A DNA stretch of 64,000 bases, taken from NCBI RefSeq assembly GCF_009914755.1, contig NC_060946.1. The stretch is one strand, 5' to 3'. The notes under the pieces were generated by a model. It was not told the DNA's origin, did no database searches, and saw only the letters and a program-made list of their open reading frames with translations. A program made the translations under genes and the position numbers. Origin of the DNA: the human T2T-CHM13v2.0 reference genome, Homo sapiens. Of this stretch, positions 51,121-64,000 are shown in pieces. Every line of letters starts with the position of its first letter. Position 1 is the first letter of the stretch.

Positions 51121-52326
51121 TGTGCTAGTTGGCTTGGGCCGCCGTAACACAGTACCACAGACTAGGGGCTTGGATAATGGAAATTTATTTCTCACACTTT
51201 TGGAGACTGGAAGTCCGAGATCAAGGTGTTAGCAGGGTTGGTAATGAGAGCAAAGATCACCTGGTGGCCATCAAACAAACCATCCAGAGGCAGAACTCCT
51301 TATCTGAGGAATGGAGAAGTAATTAGACTTTCCTATTATCTGAAGCCAGCCATCTGGTGCCAGGCTTCTTTCTTAAAAATGTATAAGTAATTAGAATTTC
51401 TCTACATCTCTGGAATGCATGCATATAGAAACTCATCATGCAACCCTTGCTGACATCAAGGCACTGAAATGTTTACAAATGTAATCATGTACCGTGACCT
51501 ACGCGGCTAACATGGTCCAAATTACCCTTAAGTTCCCGCTTTAAGGTCCATAAATGGCTCTAAGGAAAATCTACCCTGGCACGCCCAGTCCTCTCGCTGA
51601 AGCGCCCCGCTGAACTCTGCTGCAGCGTTCTTTCTGCCTAATACAACTTCCCTTTTCAAACCTATACTGTTGTTGGTAAATTCCCCTTACTACCCATGAG
51701 CCAACCATTCTCTGCTGCCAGCACTCTAACACCTTGCCAAGCAGTTGGTTTCTTTAGAAGCCTCCCTCCCCAGCCTGCAGATGGCCACCTTCTCCCTGTG
51801 ACCTCACAAGGCCTCCCTTCTGTACCTGTCTGTGTCCTAATCTTTTCTTATAAGAACACCAGTCATATTGGATTAGGGTTCACCCTAACAGCCCCATTTT
51901 AATTTAATTATCTCTTTAAAGGCCCTAATACGGGCGGGGTGTGGTGGTTCATGCCTGTAATCCCAACACTTTGGGAGGTCGAGGTGGGTAGATCACCTGA
52001 GGTCAGGAGTTTGAGACCAGCCTGGCCAACATGGTGAAACCCAGTCTTTCCTAAAAATACAAAAATCAGCAAGGCATGGTGGCGGGCGCCCGTAATCCCA
52101 GCTACTCGGGAGGTTGAGGCAGGAGAATCACTTGATACTCGGCGGCGGTTGCAGTGAGCCGAGATCACACCACTGCACTCCAGCCTGGGTGACAGAGCGA
52201 GACTCCATCTCAAAAAAGAATAAAATTAATAAATAAATGCCCTAATACAATCTCCAAATAGTCTGAGTTACTCCAGGTTAGGGTTTCAACATATGAATTT
52301 GAGGGGATTCAGTTATTCCCATAACA
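51121..52326 (-). mobile_element. MLT1A-like LTR hosting a solo LTR and an Alu (51933-52233)
   Basis: MLT1 sequence resumes after each insert; Alu TSD TAAA(G/T)GCCCTAATAC. Confidence 0.8.
51242..51743 (+). mobile_element. ERV solo LTR (probably ERV1 class), 502 bp
   Basis: Flanked by a GTTGG duplication (51237-51241 and 51744-51748); ends in CA; TATA-like cataaat. Confidence 0.7.
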
Positions 52327-52786
52327 GCCTCTAAAGCCACCTTGAGCTTCATCCCTCCCCCATATTCCACAGGGGCACAGAGAGGGCTTTCCCAGCCAAT
52401 TCCATTTCTCTTTCCTGCACAGGTCTGAGGCTGAGCTCTGGGCAGAAGGACCCTGCTGCAGGCATCGGCTGGGAGGGAGAGAAAGGGAGAACCTGCCCTC
52501 AACCTTCTCCTCATCCATTCCTAGCCAACTCCCCCGACCACGCCCAGCTGCCCAGGGGCCCCGTCCTGCCAGCTCTCCTGCAAGGAGGCTTCTCCCTGCC
52601 CTGGTCTCCAAGGAACAGGCTTCTTCCTGGAGCCCAGGGTCCTTCCTGCCTTCCTTGGCAGGTGGGTCCCTGACCTCCTGCATTGTGGTCACTCCCAACC
52701 AAACACCTCCCGGGAGGCGGAAGTTGCAATGAGCCAAGATCAGGCCATTGCACTCCAGTGTGGGCAACAAGAGCAAAGCTCCATCT

Positions 52787-55653
<2,867 letters not shown>

Positions 55654-55989
55654 GTTCCCACGGTGCTGCCGAGCCTGTGATTGGCAGAGGCATTGTTTAT
55701 TCGTTCAAGGTTTTTTGTTAAGGGACCCGGTGAGTATCAACTACTAGGCAGTTCTCACTTCTGCTCACTTCTGGGCTCACTTAAGCCTACCAGCAGCCCT
55801 GAAGGCTGTTAACCACCCTTTAGAGCTTAGAGAGTCGAAGAGGCAGGGGCCAGGTCCTAAAGAAAGGCACACTGTCCCCAGAGCCTGGGGCGCGATGCCA
55901 CCCGCCCCCCCCCCCCCCCGCCCAGGCGTACCCCCCCTTACCCCGCCCCCCACCCGCTCGCCGCGCCCAGCCCATCTGGCGCCGCTCTG

Positions 55990-56151
55990 CCCCTGCTGAG
56001 TAATCCTTTCCCGAGCCACGTGGCCGTGTTTTTCCTGCTGAGTCACGGTCCCGAGGTCTATTTTCGCTAAGTCACCGCCCCGAGATCTGTTTTCGCTGAG
56101 TCACGGTCCCGGTGTCTGTTTTCGCTGAGTCACGGTCTAGAGATTTGTTTT
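55990..56151. promoter_or_regulatory. HMOX1 distal enhancer E2 (about -9 kb): clustered StRE/ARE/MARE sites
   Basis: TGCTGAGTAAT 55994, E-box CACGTG 56017, TGCTGAGTCAC 56036, CGCTAAGTCAC 56065, CGCTGAGTCAC 56094 and 56123, within a CpG-rich patch. Confidence 0.92.
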
Positions 56152-56524
56152 CCTCAGAGTTCCAGCTGCTCCAGGTTTAATCCCCTGGGGCAAAGTCCGG
56201 ACTGTCCGGCTGGAGTCTGGAGTCGGGACATGCCTCAGCCAGCACGTCCTCGGCCTCGTCTGGGGCCTGAATCCTAGGGAAGCCATAGCAGCTCCTCCAC
56301 CCTTCCTCTCACTCCTCCTCTAGCCTCTTGCTACTCCCCGCACCACTGTTTTAGGGAACCTCTATCTCCCGACGGCCTGCCACGGGCCAGGCGCTGTGCT
56401 GGGGGCTTCACACTTTAAATCGCTGTTGAGCGGGGCGCGGGGGCGCTGCAACCTAAAGGTGGGAGCTACTCAAATGGAGGGGCATCTGTTAAAATGGCCG
56501 GCCTGTCATTTTCAAAAACTTCAA

Positions 56525-56826
56525 GGCCGGGCGCGGTGGCTCACGCCTGTAATCCCAGCACTTTGGGAGGCCGAGGCGGGCGGATCACGAGGTCAGGAGA
56601 TCGAGATCATCTTGTCTAACACGGTGAAACTTCATCTCTACTAAAAATAGAAAAAATTAGCCGGGCGTGGTGGCGGGCGCCTGTAATCCCAGCTACTCAG
56701 GAGGCTGAGGCAGGAGAATGGCATGAACCCGGGAGGCGGAGCTTGCAGTGAGCCGAAATCGCGCCACTGCAGTCCGGCCTGGGCGAAAGAGCAAGACTCC
56801 GCCTCAAAAAAAAAAAAAAAAAAAAA
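56525..56826 (+). mobile_element. AluY-lineage element
   Basis: TSD AAAAACTTCAA; CAGTCCGGCC variant in the right arm. Confidence 0.9.
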
Positions 56827-56962
56827 CTTCAAAGGCTGAGGAACCCAAAGAGGCAGGACAAGTGAATGCAATGCAACCTCTTGGGCTGGAACCTGGACTG
56901 GTAAAACGGCTAAAGAGGAGGTTATTGGGGCAATAGGGGACATTTGAATATAGGCTTTATAT

Positions 56963-58225
<1,263 letters not shown>

Positions 58226-58324
58226 ATATAATGAATTTATATCGAAGCCAGATTTCCTGATTTTTATAACCATATGTCAGGGACTGCACTCCAGATATAA
58301 TACATGCTAAATAATTTGGGGGTA

Positions 58325-60668
<2,344 letters not shown>

Positions 60669-60999
60669 TCTATGGATTTTTAAAAAATAACTTGGGCTTG
60701 TCTTCCTTGCTGAAGAAGGCTGTTTTCCAGCCTGTCACACAGCAGTTAGGCTGTAGACCCTCACTGGAGCCCCTGCCCTGCAGAATCGAGCACATGTTCT
60801 TTCTGGGTCTGTGTGGGGTGTGGGTGTGGTCAGGACACCGTCTGTGACCTTATTTACTGGGGACGTCCCCTGCTTGAGGAGAATATCCAGGCAAGGTCTC
60901 CTCACTCTCCTTAGCCACCATCCAGCTTGGCCAAGAGGCCTCCCCATGATTCCTCCCACGCCAGGGCCTCGCCTTTGTTTTTCACTGTTAGGGGCTGGC

Positions 61000-61270
61000 G
61001 AGTCACTGACCCGCCCCCCTCCCTGCTGCCCAAACCACTTCTGTTTCCTGAAGGCGCCTTGGGAATGCTGAGTCGCGATTTCCTCATCCCCTCGTGCAGC
61101 TGCATTTCTGCTGCGTCATGTTTGGGAGGGGGGACTCGCGGAAACAAAGGGAAGGCGGATTTTGCTAGATTTTGCTGAGTCACCAGTGCCTCCTCAGCTT
61201 CTCTTTAGGTGGGAGGTGAAAGGGCAGCTTTAATGGTAGGCAGGAGGAAGTGAAACTTCTAGAAAACGGC
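61000..61270. promoter_or_regulatory. HMOX1 enhancer E1 (about -4 kb) with StREs and the cadmium-response element
   Basis: TGCTGAGTCGC 61066, TGCTGCGTCAT 61109, CdRE TGCTAGATTT 61163, TGCTGAGTCAC 61173. Confidence 0.92.
61251..61265. promoter_or_regulatory. Consensus three-pentamer heat-shock element
   Basis: tGAAacTTCtaGAAa fits nGAAnnTTCnnGAAn exactly. Confidence 0.7.
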
Positions 61271-61389
61271 AGAAGCCTCTTGTTTGTCTTTTCTAAGTCT
61301 GTGCCTTTCCCCTGCTGGGTCCCCCAGCTCCCACCCTGTGAAGTCCACCTCAATCTGCCCCTGATTTAATGTTGCAATCCACCGAGGCC

Positions 61390-61870
<481 letters not shown>

Positions 61871-62794
61871 TTTTATTTGGCCCAGCAGGAGGAGAGAGAA
61901 TAGCATTTGGATCATCCTGTTGCTTGACTAAAAAGAAGGGGAAGTCAGGAGGCTGAATCAGCATGCGAAAGGGCCACAAATTCAGCCCTGGGACAGCCTA
62001 GAGGACCAGAACAACTCTGGCCTGGCCTCTTGCACCCCAGCAACCCACTGTGTGGGGGGCTGTTCTAACGAAGTCTGGGGCTCCCAGAGAACAGTTAGAA
62101 AAGAAAGCAAGCCCAGACCGGCAGCCAGGAACCCTGGGTCACTGGAGGTTCTCTTTCCAATGGGGGGCATAGCCTGGCCAAGTCCCTCCTGCTCTTGGGG
62201 TCCCTGCTTCCCTGTGTTAAATAAAAAGGGTTCAGATCTCATGAGTTTTACCCTCTAGGGTCGCTGAATGGACAGACTCTGGATCTATACACGCAAACTC
62301 ATCTCCCCTAAACTCCTGGACCCTCTGTGAGAAGGGTTGGAGTGTGGTGGTCAGGACTGTGGGGACTGGCTTCAAAGTGCTGTAGTTTGAATCCTGGCTC
62401 TTCCATCATTAACTGTATGACTTGGGAAAATGACTTATCCTCTTTGTCCCTCAGTGCTCATGTGGGCAAAATAGAGATGAAAATAGCTTGCAAGGCTGTT
62501 GTCAGGATGGGCTGCAATCACGCGCGTGAAGTCTCTGCACATAGTAAATTCTCAATAAAGGCTGGTTAGAATGACAGTTTGGAATTGTGGCTTGGTTCCA
62601 GCCCATTCTATCAGCCCAGCAATATTACAGCCTAACAATATTATTATTTTTTCCCAGAAAGAGACCTTGAAGCATCTATTCATTCAGGCATGCATTCAGT
62701 ATTAACTGTGACCTACCAGGCACTATTCCAGGAACTGGGAATTTACAAAGCAAAGTAGTAGGCAAGGTCTCCACCTTTGTGCTTTACATGCCAC

Positions 62795-63620
<826 letters not shown>

Positions 63621-63694
63621 GCTCACCCTTGGGAGGATGATCCTTTCCAATACAATCTCAGAAGTGCCTCTGGGCTGTAGTGGCCCTAGGCTGA

Positions 63695-64000
<306 letters not shown>

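Noticed and set aside
56036-56151. CRISPR-like appearance of regularly spaced repeats (also the 10491-10816 VNTR)
   Set aside because: The units are similar along their whole length with no unique spacers, there are no cas genes, and this is human DNA.
61997-62006. CCTAGAGGAC, complementary to miR-3909 nt 2-11
   Set aside because: A single 10-mer outside any transcript I can support; compatible with chance.

Overview
Human genomic DNA, recognised as chr22q12.3. Positions 1758-31216 carry coding exons 2-15 of TOM1 (+ strand; VHS and GAT domain endosomal adaptor). All introns are GT-AG, and exon 1 lies upstream of the window. The exons join in frame: 1427 nt here, plus the 52 coding nt recalled for exon 1, gives 492 aa and a stop. 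The 3' UTR ends just after ATTAAA at 31963. Intron 11 hosts MIR3909 (+) and MIR6069 (-). Positions ~32-64 kb are the Alu/LTR-dense interval upstream of HMOX1, which starts just beyond the right edge. This interval contains the two known NRF2/BACH1-sMaf stress enhancers, E2 (~56.0-56.15 kb) and E1 (~61.0-61.3 kb). I found no credible novel protein-coding system: the long ORFs in the track are Alu or low-complexity artefacts. The best leads are non-coding: the exact 29-bp tandem architecture of E2; a perfect heat-shock element beside E1; a 33-bp VNTR whose unit equals miR-3909 nt 2-11; a 1.5-kb G-poor CA-rich satellite next to a CTCF-like site; a MER75B hairpin; alternative splicing of the last TOM1 intron; an AluYa5; and a decayed ERV gag-pro. 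Repeat-family names and repeat boundaries are by eye and approximate.
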